The notes under the pieces: generated by a model
The model's database searches: none
Told to the model about the DNA's origin: nothing
The model's input: only the letters and a program-made list of their open reading frames with translations
Translations under genes and position numbers: made by a program
Shown here: in pieces, positions 9,840 to 19,375 of the stretch
Numbering within the stretch: the first letter of the stretch is position 1
Layout: each line of letters starts with the position of its first letter
NCBI GenBank assembly: GCA_001771505.1
Contig: MEUA01000023.1
Span: 2,346-66,345, forward strand
Source: a candidate division WOR-1 bacterium RIFOXYB2_FULL_36_35
Lineage (GTDB): Bacteria; Margulisbacteria; WOR-1; XYC2-FULL-46-14; XYC2-FULL-37-10
Direction: 5' to 3'
DNA: 64,000 nt

Positions 9840-10856
9840 ATGGAACTATTAAAAAAAATATCATTTTTTATATTTGTATTGTTTATTCTGCTTTTATTTG
9901 TATGGGCATTATATGTTCCTAAAAAGGATGTCACAGATATGATTCAATCAACCTTAGATGAACAGAAAGGTAAGTTAGATCTTTTTTATAAAGGGGTTGC
10001 TTTTCAGGAGACGATAAATGGCATTAAATATTGGGAAATAAAAGCTAAGACAAGCAGCATTAACAAAACAACGGGAATCGCTTCTCTTGAAGAAACAGAA
10101 GGGACATTTTTCAGGGATAAAAAGCCGACTTTAATGTTTGTTGCGCCATATGCTGTATGGAAAATGAATGAAAGAGAAATAACTCTCATAAACCCGATTG
10201 GTTATGACTCAAAATCAAAAAACAGCTCAGTGATCGCCTCTTTGCAAAACAAGAATGGTAATTATTTCCAGTTTCCTTCTTCCAATGACAAAAAGGACAA
10301 AGGCTTTATATTTAAGGCCCAAAAACTTGTTTGGAGTATAAAAAACAAAGCTATAGTTTGTGATAAAGGCTTATGGATTAAAAAAGGAGAAATAAGCGGT
10401 CACGCGCAAAGATTAAAAGGTGACACCTCTATGGAGAAAATTGAAATATCAGGTAACCCTGTAATAAATATTGTAAACTCTAACATTTCAACAATAGAAG
10501 CGGATAAATTTTTAATGGACAGAAATAAAGATCTAATAATAGCTTCTGGAAAAGTAACCTTTAAAATAGATGAAATTAAAGGTTCAACGGGAAAAGCTAT
10601 TTACAATCAAAAAGAGAAGAATCTTTATTTAATTGATAATGTTATAATTAAATATAAGGATTTTAAAGCGACATCAAACCAGGCTAAGTACAATATATTC
10701 GACCAAAAGATTGTTTTAGTTGATAATAGCAAATTAACAAGAGAATTAAGTGAAGTGACTGGCGATTCCATAGTAATTGACATAAAATCTAAAAAAGTCG
10801 CAATTTTGGGTAAAAGTAGAGCGATTATTCCGGATAAGGGGTTAGATAAAAAGTGA
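9840..10856 (+). CDS. LptC/LptA-like (OstA-fold) periplasmic LPS transport protein, membrane-anchored
   Basis: N-terminal TM helix followed by two OstA-like beta-jellyroll-type segments; next to heptose biosynthesis genes. Confidence 0.45.
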   Translation: MELLKKISFFIFVLFILLLFVWALYVPKKDVTDMIQSTLDEQKGKLDLFYKGVAFQETINGIKYWEIKAKTSSINKTTGIASLEETEGTFFRDKKPTLMFVAPYAVWKMNEREITLINPIGYDSKSKNSSVIASLQNKNGNYFQFPSSNDKKDKGFIFKAQKLVWSIKNKAIVCDKGLWIKKGEISGHAQRLKGDTSMEKIEISGNPVINIVNSNISTIEADKFLMDRNKDLIIASGKVTFKIDEIKGSTGKAIYNQKEKNLYLIDNVIIKYKDFKATSNQAKYNIFDQKIVLVDNSKLTRELSEVTGDSIVIDIKSKKVAILGKSRAIIPDKGLDKK

Positions 10857-11863
10857 TAACAACAAAGTTTTTGGAAGATTTAAAAACACTGCCAAAACTT
10901 GAAGCTATTGTTGAAGGAAATGGTTCTATCTTTGACTTAATAATAATAGGCGGAGGGCCTGCTGGATTAACTGCTGCCTTATATGCCGGGCGTGCAAGGC
11001 TAAAGACTCTTCTTATAGAAAGAGCCTTGATCGGAGGGATGGCTTCCACGACTTATAAAATCGAAAATTATCCGGGATTTTCTGAAGGAATAAGTGGAAT
11101 GGATATAAGCCATAAATTTGAAGAAGGTGTTAGAAACTTGGATATTCCGATCTATTACGGAGAAGTTACAAAAATAACAAAAGATAGATACATAGAAATA
11201 GACGGAGAGAAAATACAGGCAAAGGCGATAATAATAGCATCAGGAACAGAGACAAAGAAACTTGGCATTTTAGGCGAGGATAAATTCAGAGGTAGAGGCG
11301 TTTCTTATTGCGCAACTTGTGATGGGTCATTCTATAAAGAAAAAAACATCGCCGTTGTAGGCGGAGGAAATTCCGCTATTGAAGAGGCTATATATCTTAC
11401 AAGGTTTGCCAAAAAGGTAACAATAATTCATAGAAGAGATAAATTAAGAGCAGATAAAATAATAATTGAAAAAGCTTTAAATAACCCAAAAATTTTTGTT
11501 TTATGGAATTCTACTATAGAAGAAATTAACGGGGATAAACGTGTTGAAAGCTTAACACTGTTAAACACCCAAACAAATACCCGAACAACTCTTCCGATGG
11601 AAGGGTTATTTATATATATAGGACGAATTCCCAATACTAGTTTTGTTGATAATATATTGGATATGTCTAAAAATAGATTTATAAAAGTTGATAATAACAT
11701 GAGAACTTCAAGCTCCGGAATTTTTGCTTGCGGTGACGTAATCGAAAAATCTTTATATCAAATAGTCACGGCAGCAGGAGATGGAGCTTTAGCCGCCGAG
11801 TCTGCCAGAAAATTCATTGAAGATGAATATCTAAATGACAGGGAAAAGACTACTACTATATAA
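10853..11863 (+). CDS. trxB: Thioredoxin-disulfide reductase
   Basis: FAD motif 'IIGGGPAGLTAA', redox 'CATCDG', NAD(P) site 'VVGGGNSAIEEA'. Confidence 0.85.
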   Translation: MITTKFLEDLKTLPKLEAIVEGNGSIFDLIIIGGGPAGLTAALYAGRARLKTLLIERALIGGMASTTYKIENYPGFSEGISGMDISHKFEEGVRNLDIPIYYGEVTKITKDRYIEIDGEKIQAKAIIIASGTETKKLGILGEDKFRGRGVSYCATCDGSFYKEKNIAVVGGGNSAIEEAIYLTRFAKKVTIIHRRDKLRADKIIIEKALNNPKIFVLWNSTIEEINGDKRVESLTLLNTQTNTRTTLPMEGLFIYIGRIPNTSFVDNILDMSKNRFIKVDNNMRTSSSGIFACGDVIEKSLYQIVTAAGDGALAAESARKFIEDEYLNDREKTTTI

Positions 11864-11868
11864 GAATC

Positions 11869-12732
11869 ATGCTGGAAATAATAATCCCAATTCTAATAAT
11901 GTTTTCCTCAGGGTATATTTTATCTGTCTTTAAAAAAGAAGAGATTAAGATCCTGGCAGATCTGATAATTTACGTAACTGCCCCTGCCCTATTTATAACA
12001 TCTATAACTTTAAGCAAGTTTGAAGCCGGCGAAATTGCAATTATTTTTTTTACGGCCGCAACAGTAATAATATCCGGAATAGCTTTGGTTTATCTTATAA
12101 GAAAGAAAAAGAAATTGCCGTTGGGAATGTACTACCCGATAGCCTTTATGAATACAGGTTTTTTAGGAGTTCCTATTGTTTTGATAAGTTATGGAATTAA
12201 AGGTCTTGCTTACGCAGTAATTTACGATGCGACACTTGCCCTCTTTGCTTTCTCTCTAGGTATTTACATAATCTCGGAAAGAAGAGATAAGTGGGAGGTC
12301 TTTAAAATACCCTTTATATACACAGCGGCGCTTGGAATTTTATTAAATATTTATAACATTGAAATCCCTTTTCCTGTTTTTAAAGGGCTATCTATGCTTG
12401 GGAGTGCAACAATACCCCTCGCCCTCATCATGCTCGGTTATAGGATAGGAAATATAAGGATATCATCACTAAAACTTCCTTTGTTTGGAGCCATACTTCG
12501 TGGAGGGATTGGTTTTGTCGTTGCGTTTGTAATAATAAGAATTTTTAATATATCGGGAATACTGGCAAATGTATTGATTATTATGTCTATCCTTCCATCT
12601 GCGATAACAAGCATTGTCTTTTGTGAAAAATATGGTTGCAGAGAGGATTGTGATCTTGTCGCATCAACAATCGCAATCAGTATGCTTGCTTCGCTTTTTT
12701 ATTTACCCATAGCCATGTATCTCCTAAAATGA
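11869..12732 (+). CDS. AEC-family (auxin efflux carrier) transporter
   Basis: 287 aa polytopic membrane protein with AEC-like repeat topology. Confidence 0.6.
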   Translation: MLEIIIPILIMFSSGYILSVFKKEEIKILADLIIYVTAPALFITSITLSKFEAGEIAIIFFTAATVIISGIALVYLIRKKKKLPLGMYYPIAFMNTGFLGVPIVLISYGIKGLAYAVIYDATLALFAFSLGIYIISERRDKWEVFKIPFIYTAALGILLNIYNIEIPFPVFKGLSMLGSATIPLALIMLGYRIGNIRISSLKLPLFGAILRGGIGFVVAFVIIRIFNISGILANVLIIMSILPSAITSIVFCEKYGCREDCDLVASTIAISMLASLFYLPIAMYLLK

Positions 12733-13523
12733 AAAAAACAAGCAAACTAAAAAACATATTAAAAAGCCTGCAAAAAGTCCTCCTTGCCTACTCTGGAGGT
12801 GTTGACAGTACCCTTTTACTTAAGGTTGCGTTAGATACTCTTGGAAAAGAAAATGTTTTGGCAATAATTGCAAAATCTGAAACATACCCAAAATCAGAAG
12901 AAAAAGAGGCAGTTGATACTGCGAAAAGGCTTGATACTAATTTTATAGTTATAAAAACTTGCGAGTTTTCCGATAAAAATTTCATCAAAAATTCTAGAAA
13001 CAGATGCTACTATTGCAAAAAGGAGCTCTTTATAAAGTTAAAAAAGATTGCCGAAAAAGAAAAGATCCCGCATGTAATAGACGGATCAAATAAAGATGAT
13101 TTACAAGATTACCGACCGGGGGCTGTTGCAAAAAAAGAACTTGGTGTTAGAAGTCCGTTGCAAGAAGCAGGGTTGACCAAAGAGGAGATCAGGCAACTTT
13201 CAAAATCCTTGGGACTTGCCACTTGGAACAAGCCCGCATATGCCTGTTTGGCATCTAGAGTTCCATACGGCACCAAAATTACAAAAGAGATTTTAACAAG
13301 AATCGACGAGGGAGAAAAATTTTTACGTGGGTTGGGATTGAGACAGGTAAGAGCAAGGGATCATGGGAATATAGTCCGCATTGAGGTTGGAAAAGAGGAT
13401 ATGTCTCAAATGTTAGATGAAGATTTAAGAGATGATATCGCCAGAAAATTTGAGTTGATGGGATATACTTATGTCGCAGTAGACCTGCAAGGCTATAGAG
13501 CAGGGTCAATGAACACTGATTAG
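12729..13523 (+). CDS. PP-loop ATP pyrophosphatase, LarE-like sulfur transferase family
   Basis: 'SGGVDS' PP-loop; ~264 aa with the conserved Cys region typical of LarE/TIGR00268. Confidence 0.6.
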   Translation: MKKTSKLKNILKSLQKVLLAYSGGVDSTLLLKVALDTLGKENVLAIIAKSETYPKSEEKEAVDTAKRLDTNFIVIKTCEFSDKNFIKNSRNRCYYCKKELFIKLKKIAEKEKIPHVIDGSNKDDLQDYRPGAVAKKELGVRSPLQEAGLTKEEIRQLSKSLGLATWNKPAYACLASRVPYGTKITKEILTRIDEGEKFLRGLGLRQVRARDHGNIVRIEVGKEDMSQMLDEDLRDDIARKFELMGYTYVAVDLQGYRAGSMNTD

Positions 13524-13535
13524 ACACTAAAATTA

Positions 13536-13544
13536 TGTTATAAT
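13536..13544 (+). promoter_or_regulatory. Extended -10 TGTTATAAT upstream of iscS (implies a very short leader)
   Basis: Same ATGTTATAAT decamer as upstream of gmhA; lies 12 nt before the iscS ATG. Confidence 0.3.
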
Positions 13545-13556
13545 TTAAGTATAAAA

Positions 13557-14717
13557 ATGAAAAAAATCTATTTAGATTACGCCGCCACAACGCCAACCCA
13601 CCCTGATGTTGAGGAAACAATGAAACCATATTTTAGTGAAATATATGGTAACCCCTCCTCTATCCACAAATTTGGCCAGGAGGCTCGATCCGCTGTTGAA
13701 AAAGCAAGAGAACAAGTCGCAAAATTGCTTAATGCATCAACAGATGAAATAGTCTTCACATCAGGAGGAACGGAATCAGATAACTTTGCCCTTGAAGGGG
13801 TCGCTTTTGCTAATAAACTCAAGGGAAATCACATTGTCACTTCTGCCATTGAGCATCACGCAATCTCCCACTGTTGTGAATTCCTGAAAAAACAGGGATT
13901 TGAAATAACTTATGTCCCTGTTAATAAAGAAGGGATCGTAAATCCGGAAGATGTGAAAAAATCGCTAACAGATAAAACAATTTTAGTTTCAATCATGCAG
14001 GCAAACAATGAGATTGGGACTATTCAGCCCATAAAAGAGATTGCAAAAATTGTGCATGAAAAAGGTGTAGTCTTTCATACGGACGCAGTTCAAACAGCCG
14101 GGCACATTCCAATTGATGTAAAGGAGCTGGATATTGATCTTTTATCCGTTTCAGCCCATAAATTTTATGGACCAAAAGGGGTTGGCGCTCTTTATATTAA
14201 AAAAGGGACAAGAATGGTCTCCTTCCTTCATGGCGGTGGACAGGAAAGAAACCGCAGGGCTTCTACTGAAAATGTTCCCGGGATTGTAGGCATTGGAAAA
14301 GCGGCAGAGATTGCAATTGCAAATATGGGAAATGAGGCTAAAAGCCTGATAATTTTACGGGATATGCTTATAGACGAGCTTTTATCCAAAATTCCAGAAT
14401 CGATCTTAAACGGTCATCGAACACAAAGACTGCCAAATAATATAAATATTTCTATTAAGTATATCGAAGGTGAATCGATGTTGCTCAATTTAGACTTTTT
14501 AGGGGTTGCGGCATCATCAGGCTCTGCCTGCACATCAGGCTCACTTGATCCTTCGCATGTCCTTTTGGCAATCGGACTAACTCATGATGTAGCCCATGGC
14601 AGTCTCCGCTTCTCAATGGGTAGACTCACGACAAAAGATGATATAAAATATGTAATAGAGCAGTTGCCGCCGATTGTTGAAAAACTACGCGCAATGTCGC
14701 CTTTATACAAAAAATGA
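13557..14717 (+). CDS. iscS: Cysteine desulfurase (NifS/IscS)
   Basis: 'IYLDYAATTP' N-terminus, PLP lysine 'SAHKFYGPKG', active-site Cys 'SSGSACTS'. Confidence 0.9.
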   Translation: MKKIYLDYAATTPTHPDVEETMKPYFSEIYGNPSSIHKFGQEARSAVEKAREQVAKLLNASTDEIVFTSGGTESDNFALEGVAFANKLKGNHIVTSAIEHHAISHCCEFLKKQGFEITYVPVNKEGIVNPEDVKKSLTDKTILVSIMQANNEIGTIQPIKEIAKIVHEKGVVFHTDAVQTAGHIPIDVKELDIDLLSVSAHKFYGPKGVGALYIKKGTRMVSFLHGGGQERNRRASTENVPGIVGIGKAAEIAIANMGNEAKSLIILRDMLIDELLSKIPESILNGHRTQRLPNNINISIKYIEGESMLLNLDFLGVAASSGSACTSGSLDPSHVLLAIGLTHDVAHGSLRFSMGRLTTKDDIKYVIEQLPPIVEKLRAMSPLYKK

Positions 14718-14746
14718 CCAATATCCAATTATAACCGGAGGTTAAT

Positions 14747-15163
14747 ATGGAACCATATTCAGACAAAGTAATGGATCATTTTATGAATCCCCGTAATGTG
14801 GGAGAGATTCCCGATGCCGACGGGCATGGAAAAGTTGGGAATCCAGTTTGCGGCGATATTATGGAATTGTTCATAAAAGTAAAAGAGAACATTATCACCG
14901 ATGCCAAATTCAAAACTTTTGGTTGCGGGTCAGCCATTGCTACTTCAAGTATTATGACAGAAATGGTAATAGGAAAAACCATTGAAGACGCATTAACAAT
15001 ATCAAACAAAGCGGTTGTTGAAGCATTGGGCGGCCTTCCAAAAGTAAAAATTCACTGTTCCGTCCTCGCAGAAGATGCTTTTAAACTGGCTGTCGATGAC
15101 TATTTAAAAAAGACAACGGGTAAAGGTTTACCTAATTTCAAGCCACATGAAGAAGAGGTTTAG
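14747..15163 (+). CDS. iscU: Fe-S cluster assembly scaffold (IscU/NifU N-domain)
   Basis: 138 aa; three conserved Cys (CGD...C...C) in a NifU-N pattern. Confidence 0.85.
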   Translation: MEPYSDKVMDHFMNPRNVGEIPDADGHGKVGNPVCGDIMELFIKVKENIITDAKFKTFGCGSAIATSSIMTEMVIGKTIEDALTISNKAVVEALGGLPKVKIHCSVLAEDAFKLAVDDYLKKTTGKGLPNFKPHEEEV

Positions 15164-15351
15164 AAATTTTTGGAAGTTCAAATTCTATTTCTTGTCCAAT
15201 GATGCTAGAGGCATCTAAAATTTCTATGCCAATAAGCTTCTTATTTTTGTCAAAATCAGCCAAAACCCCAGGCATAATAATAATAATCTGAAATTCCAAG
15301 AAAAGTGGGACGATGAATGACCATAGGGAAATCAACGCTCAAAGCGAATTT

Positions 15352-15392
15352 AACCCCGATTATTCACCCCGATTAGGATAATCAGGGTGAAT
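15352..15392 (+). repeat. Palindromic repeat element copy D (double-hairpin, short)
   Basis: AACCCCGATTATTCACCCCGATTAGGATAATCAGGGTGAATGAGG; overlaps the annotated TTG/ATG region of the next ORF. Confidence 0.8.
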
Positions 15393-15404
15393 GAGGAGAA
15401 ACCA

Positions 15405-16175
15405 ATGCAAATATTTATATTACCACTACCTTCAAAGACAAAACATCCATCTATATTAAAAGATTCAAAAGATTTAGTAGGGACAAGAACAGCTGCCGGC
15501 ATTACTCAACAAGCTCAAGCTGATAGAATTGGAACTACTCCAAGAGCTATAAGTTCGTGGGAAAACGGAGATTTTCAGCTTCCTCTTATAAGTTATTTTG
15601 CTTTAGCCCGAGCGTATCATGATCACTTAACTATGGAGCCAAAACCTCAAAAGCTAAAAGGAAAAGTAGAACCAAGGATTGTAACTCCATTATTCGAAAC
15701 TATGAGACATAAATTAGAGGCAGAGTTTAATGTGGAAAATGCTGTATTAGGGATGAGAATTCTTTCTGCCGGGTCAAATGATAATCTATTTTTTACAGCT
15801 GATAATACGACTGTTAAGATGCCCTTTGCTAACCCTGATTTGCCAATACAACTTGTAAATTCTTTGCCAACAGCCGTTAGTCTCGATCTAAAAGAACTGT
15901 CTACCCTTGGATTTTGCAATCCTTTTTGGAACACACCTTTTGATACATGGTTTTCTAACATATCAATAAGAAATTTGTTAATGTTTAGTCCTGCAACAGC
16001 AAGTGTGGGCAGAGGCCTTTTATATATACTATTAGTGAATAAGAGGGATGGAATATTCACCGAAAATGATGCTGTAAGAGCTAACCAACTTATGGTTGAT
16101 TTTATGGATAAAAAAGAGATAAACCCTATTCTGCAATTTATTGCGGCGGTTAACGCACATGCTTTTCAAGCTTAA
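15405..16175 (+). CDS. XRE-family HTH protein with ~200 aa C-terminal domain of unknown function
   Basis: 'ITQQAQADRIGTTPRAISSWENGD' Cro/C1 HTH; start moved to ATG 15405 after GAGGAG. Confidence 0.5.
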   Translation: MQIFILPLPSKTKHPSILKDSKDLVGTRTAAGITQQAQADRIGTTPRAISSWENGDFQLPLISYFALARAYHDHLTMEPKPQKLKGKVEPRIVTPLFETMRHKLEAEFNVENAVLGMRILSAGSNDNLFFTADNTTVKMPFANPDLPIQLVNSLPTAVSLDLKELSTLGFCNPFWNTPFDTWFSNISIRNLLMFSPATASVGRGLLYILLVNKRDGIFTENDAVRANQLMVDFMDKKEINPILQFIAAVNAHAFQA

Positions 16176-16294
16176 TGCAAACAGCAAAAGACAAAACTGC
16201 GGGTACAGCTGAAAGAGGACCATTGTTATTTGTTTTATATCCTTATCTTGCCTTTTAACTTGAATCTCTAATGAAATAAGATATAATTACTATA

Positions 16295-16612
16295 ATGTTA
16301 GCTAAAGAAGATATTCAAGGCATTATAGAGACAATAAAGGAGAATGTTAACCCTAAACAAATTTATTTATTTGGGAGCTACGCATCAGGCACTCCTACAG
16401 AAAGCAGTGACTTAGACATTCTCATTATTGATGATTCGGGCAAAGCAAAAAATAAGTTGGCGTTAGAGATAAGCAAAGCATTATTTCCCCGGAATTTTGG
16501 ATTAGATCTAATTGTTGCTTCTTCTGCAGAAATAAAAGAAAAACAAAAACAAAATTTAAGTTTTTGGAATAATATTTTAAACAGAGGAAAAAAACTATAT
16601 GAACGAAATTGA
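16295..16612 (+). CDS. Minimal nucleotidyltransferase (MNT), antitoxin-like
   Basis: 'GSYASGTPTESSDLDILII' polymerase-beta-type NTase motif, 105 aa. Confidence 0.8.
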   Translation: MLAKEDIQGIIETIKENVNPKQIYLFGSYASGTPTESSDLDILIIDDSGKAKNKLALEISKALFPRNFGLDLIVASSAEIKEKQKQNLSFWNNILNRGKKLYERN

Positions 16613-16982
16613 TATTAAAGAATGGATAAAACTTGCAACGCACGATTCCGACACAGCAAATTTACTGGTAAAAGAAAATGGACACGCTGACATAATAATC
16701 TATCATTTACATCAAGCCACGGAAAAATTATTAAAAGCACTAATATTGAAAAATGGAGGGAGTCTAGAAAAAATCCATTTTTTAGATAAACTCTTGTCAA
16801 AAAATATCGGCAAATATAAAGAACTAAATGATGTAAAGGATCATATTCTTGAACTTAATCTTTATCTTCCCAAATTAAGATATCCATCTGGCGATTCAAT
16901 TGCTTTTGAAGAAGCCCAAGATTTACAACAAAAATTCCAAAAAATAAAAACAACAATTCTCTCGATTTTACAAAATAAATAG
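16599..16982 (+). CDS. HEPN-domain protein, toxin-like partner of MNT
   Basis: Classical HEPN 'HLHQATEKLLKALIL'; overlaps MNT by 14 nt. Confidence 0.75.
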   Translation: MNEIDIKEWIKLATHDSDTANLLVKENGHADIIIYHLHQATEKLLKALILKNGGSLEKIHFLDKLLSKNIGKYKELNDVKDHILELNLYLPKLRYPSGDSIAFEEAQDLQQKFQKIKTTILSILQNK

Positions 16983-16995
16983 TTCCTTATTTATA

Positions 16996-18108
16996 ATGAA
17001 TCTACCAGCTAACCCCAATCAAAAAGTAATCATCGCCATGTCAGGAGGGGTCGATTCTTCCGTTGCAGCGGCATTGCTCAAAGAACAAGGCTATAACGTC
17101 ATCGGCATCACTATGCAAATCTGGGAGCCCAAAAAAGAGTTTGGAGGATGTTGCGCCCTATCCGCAATCGAAGATGCAAAAAAAGTAGCCCTTAAACTTG
17201 GTATCCCCCACTACGTCCTAAATTTCAGAAAAGAATTTGAAGAAAAAGTCATCAAATACTTCATAGAAGAATATAAAAATGGCCGCACGCCAAACCCGTG
17301 CGTAAAATGTAATGAGCTTATCAAATTTGATCTTTTGGCAAGAAAGGCAAGAGAGCTTGGGGCTTTCTATGTTGCTACGGGGCACTATGTAAGGATAGGT
17401 TTCAAGGGATCAAGGGATCAAGGGATCAAGAAAAACATAGAATATAAACTATTAAAAGGAATTGATGAGGCAAAAGATCAGTCGTATGTTTTGTATATGA
17501 TGAATCAGGAGACATTAAAGCACTCACTCTTCCCTCTTGGAGAACTGACAAAAAAAGAGGTTAGAAAAACTGCAAAGGAGTTTGGTTTGCCGGTACATGA
17601 TAAAGAAGAGAGCCAGGAGATATGTTTTGTCGAAAATGACAACTATGGTTCTTTTTTAAGGGAAAGAATTCCAGAATATTGTAAACCAGGTAATTTATTA
17701 GATACAAATGGGAATATTATAGGCAAACATAATGGTATTATTTTTTATACAATCGGACAGAGAAAAGGGATTGGAGCACATAAAAAAAGAAAATATGTTG
17801 TGGAAATTTATTCAAAAGAAAATACAGTTGTTATCGGAGATAATGAAGATTTATTAAAAAAAGAACTGAGAACGGACAATTTAACTTTTGTGTCAGGTGA
17901 ATTTCAAAAAAATCGCATAGAAATTTGTGCAAAGATACGATATAATAGTCCAGAAGTTAAAGCAACTCTAATTCTGATAGATAAAAAAGAAGGAAAAGTT
18001 GTTTTCAAAGAGCCACAGAGAGCTGTAACACCAGGTCAATCTGTGGTTTTTTATGATGGAGACGAAGTTCTTGGTGGTGGAATTATTACGAATTCTGAAA
18101 AAACATGA
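16996..18108 (+). CDS. mnmA: tRNA-specific 2-thiouridylase
   Basis: PP-loop 'AMSGGVDSSVAA'; conserved Cys; 370 aa. Confidence 0.9.
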   Translation: MNLPANPNQKVIIAMSGGVDSSVAAALLKEQGYNVIGITMQIWEPKKEFGGCCALSAIEDAKKVALKLGIPHYVLNFRKEFEEKVIKYFIEEYKNGRTPNPCVKCNELIKFDLLARKARELGAFYVATGHYVRIGFKGSRDQGIKKNIEYKLLKGIDEAKDQSYVLYMMNQETLKHSLFPLGELTKKEVRKTAKEFGLPVHDKEESQEICFVENDNYGSFLRERIPEYCKPGNLLDTNGNIIGKHNGIIFYTIGQRKGIGAHKKRKYVVEIYSKENTVVIGDNEDLLKKELRTDNLTFVSGEFQKNRIEICAKIRYNSPEVKATLILIDKKEGKVVFKEPQRAVTPGQSVVFYDGDEVLGGGIITNSEKT

Positions 18109-18192
18109 AATTTTTACTAAGAGCGGCAGATAAATATATAGAATGAACCAGAACTATTAAACATTGGTCATTCAAAAAAGGGGTGAGTAAAC

Positions 18193-18459
18193 ATGTCCGG
18201 CAAGAGAATTAAGTTTACTTTTAAAGACTTGGACGGAAAATTTAGAAAGGTCTACCTTGCAGGTGATTTTACTGATTGGGGAGAAAATGCTATTGTGATG
18301 AATAGAAAAGGGAATGGTGAATGGGTAGTCACAAAGTCTCTCACTTTTGGTGAACACGAGTACAAATTTGTTGCCGATGGAAAATGGATTCCAGATCCAA
18401 GGGCCAACAAGAAAAAAAGCGCTCTTGGAGAAGAAAATTCGGTAATCAAAGTTGACTAA
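18193..18459 (+). CDS. Small standalone CBM48/AMPK-beta-like glycogen-binding domain protein
   Basis: 88 aa; 'VYLAGDFTDWGEN...EWVVTKSL..GEHEYKFVADGKWIPDP' pattern. Confidence 0.5.
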   Translation: MSGKRIKFTFKDLDGKFRKVYLAGDFTDWGENAIVMNRKGNGEWVVTKSLTFGEHEYKFVADGKWIPDPRANKKKSALGEENSVIKVD

Positions 18460-19366
18460 TCCGTTACTCGAAAAGATCAACAAACTTAAAGTCAGCCGCA
18501 ATGCTGTAATTTTGGCACACAACTATCAGTTGGGCGAAATACAGGATGCGGCTGATTTTGTTGGTGATTCTCTTGAACTGTCAATAAAGGCCTCGCAAAT
18601 TACAAATGCTGACCTCATAGTCTTTTGCGGCGTCTATTTTATGGCAGAAACAGCCAAAATCCTCTCCCCCACTAAAACTGTCATTATGCCGGATATTAAC
18701 GCGGGCTGTCCCATGGCAAACATGATAACAGGAGAAGATGTCAGAAAACTTAAAAGAGATAATCCTGACGCTAAAGTTGTTTGTTATGTAAATTCTACAG
18801 CCCAAGTAAAAGCAGAATCTGATATCTGTTGCACATCCGCAAACACTCAAAAGATTGTAGAGTCTATAAAAGAGACAGGCGAAATAATATTTATCCCTGA
18901 TAAATACCTAGGGATGAATACCGCTAAAAAAGTACCCGACAAAAAGTTTATCTATTGGAACGGGTACTGCCCTACTCATATGAAGATAATGCCACAGGAT
19001 ATTGAAAAAGCAAAAAATGAACATCCGTCTGCTGTTGTAATTGTCCATCCAGAATGCAGGACGGATGTTGTTGAGCTTGCGGATCACGCGTTATCAACCG
19101 GAGGAATGCTTAAATTTGCAAAAGAGAGCAGTGCAAATGAGATAATTGTCGGCACAGAAATCGGGATGCTCCACAGGCTTCAAAAAGAAAATCCTGATAA
19201 GAAGTTTTATCCTGTAACTGATAAGGCCGTTTGTCCCAATATGAAATTAACAACACTTGAAAAACTTTTATGGGCATTGGAAGAAGTTAAGACTGAAATT
19301 ACTGTAGAAAAAGATGTGGCAGATAGGGCAAGAAAGGCGATTGAAAGGATGATTGAGAATAGGTAA
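18452..19366 (+). CDS. nadA: Quinolinate synthase A
   Basis: 304 aa; conserved Cys triad spacing and NadA-wide similarity. Confidence 0.9.
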   Translation: MTNPLLEKINKLKVSRNAVILAHNYQLGEIQDAADFVGDSLELSIKASQITNADLIVFCGVYFMAETAKILSPTKTVIMPDINAGCPMANMITGEDVRKLKRDNPDAKVVCYVNSTAQVKAESDICCTSANTQKIVESIKETGEIIFIPDKYLGMNTAKKVPDKKFIYWNGYCPTHMKIMPQDIEKAKNEHPSAVVIVHPECRTDVVELADHALSTGGMLKFAKESSANEIIVGTEIGMLHRLQKENPDKKFYPVTDKAVCPNMKLTTLEKLLWALEEVKTEITVEKDVADRARKAIERMIENR

Positions 19367-19375
19367 CTTTGTATT

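Noticed and set aside
16283-16297. TATAAT hexamer immediately abutting the MNT start codon as its promoter -10
   Set aside because: A -10 element overlapping the ATG would place the transcription start inside the ORF. The upstream GATATAAT (about 10 nt further 5') is the more plausible -10 box and would give a leaderless mRNA. Not annotated as a feature for lack of support.
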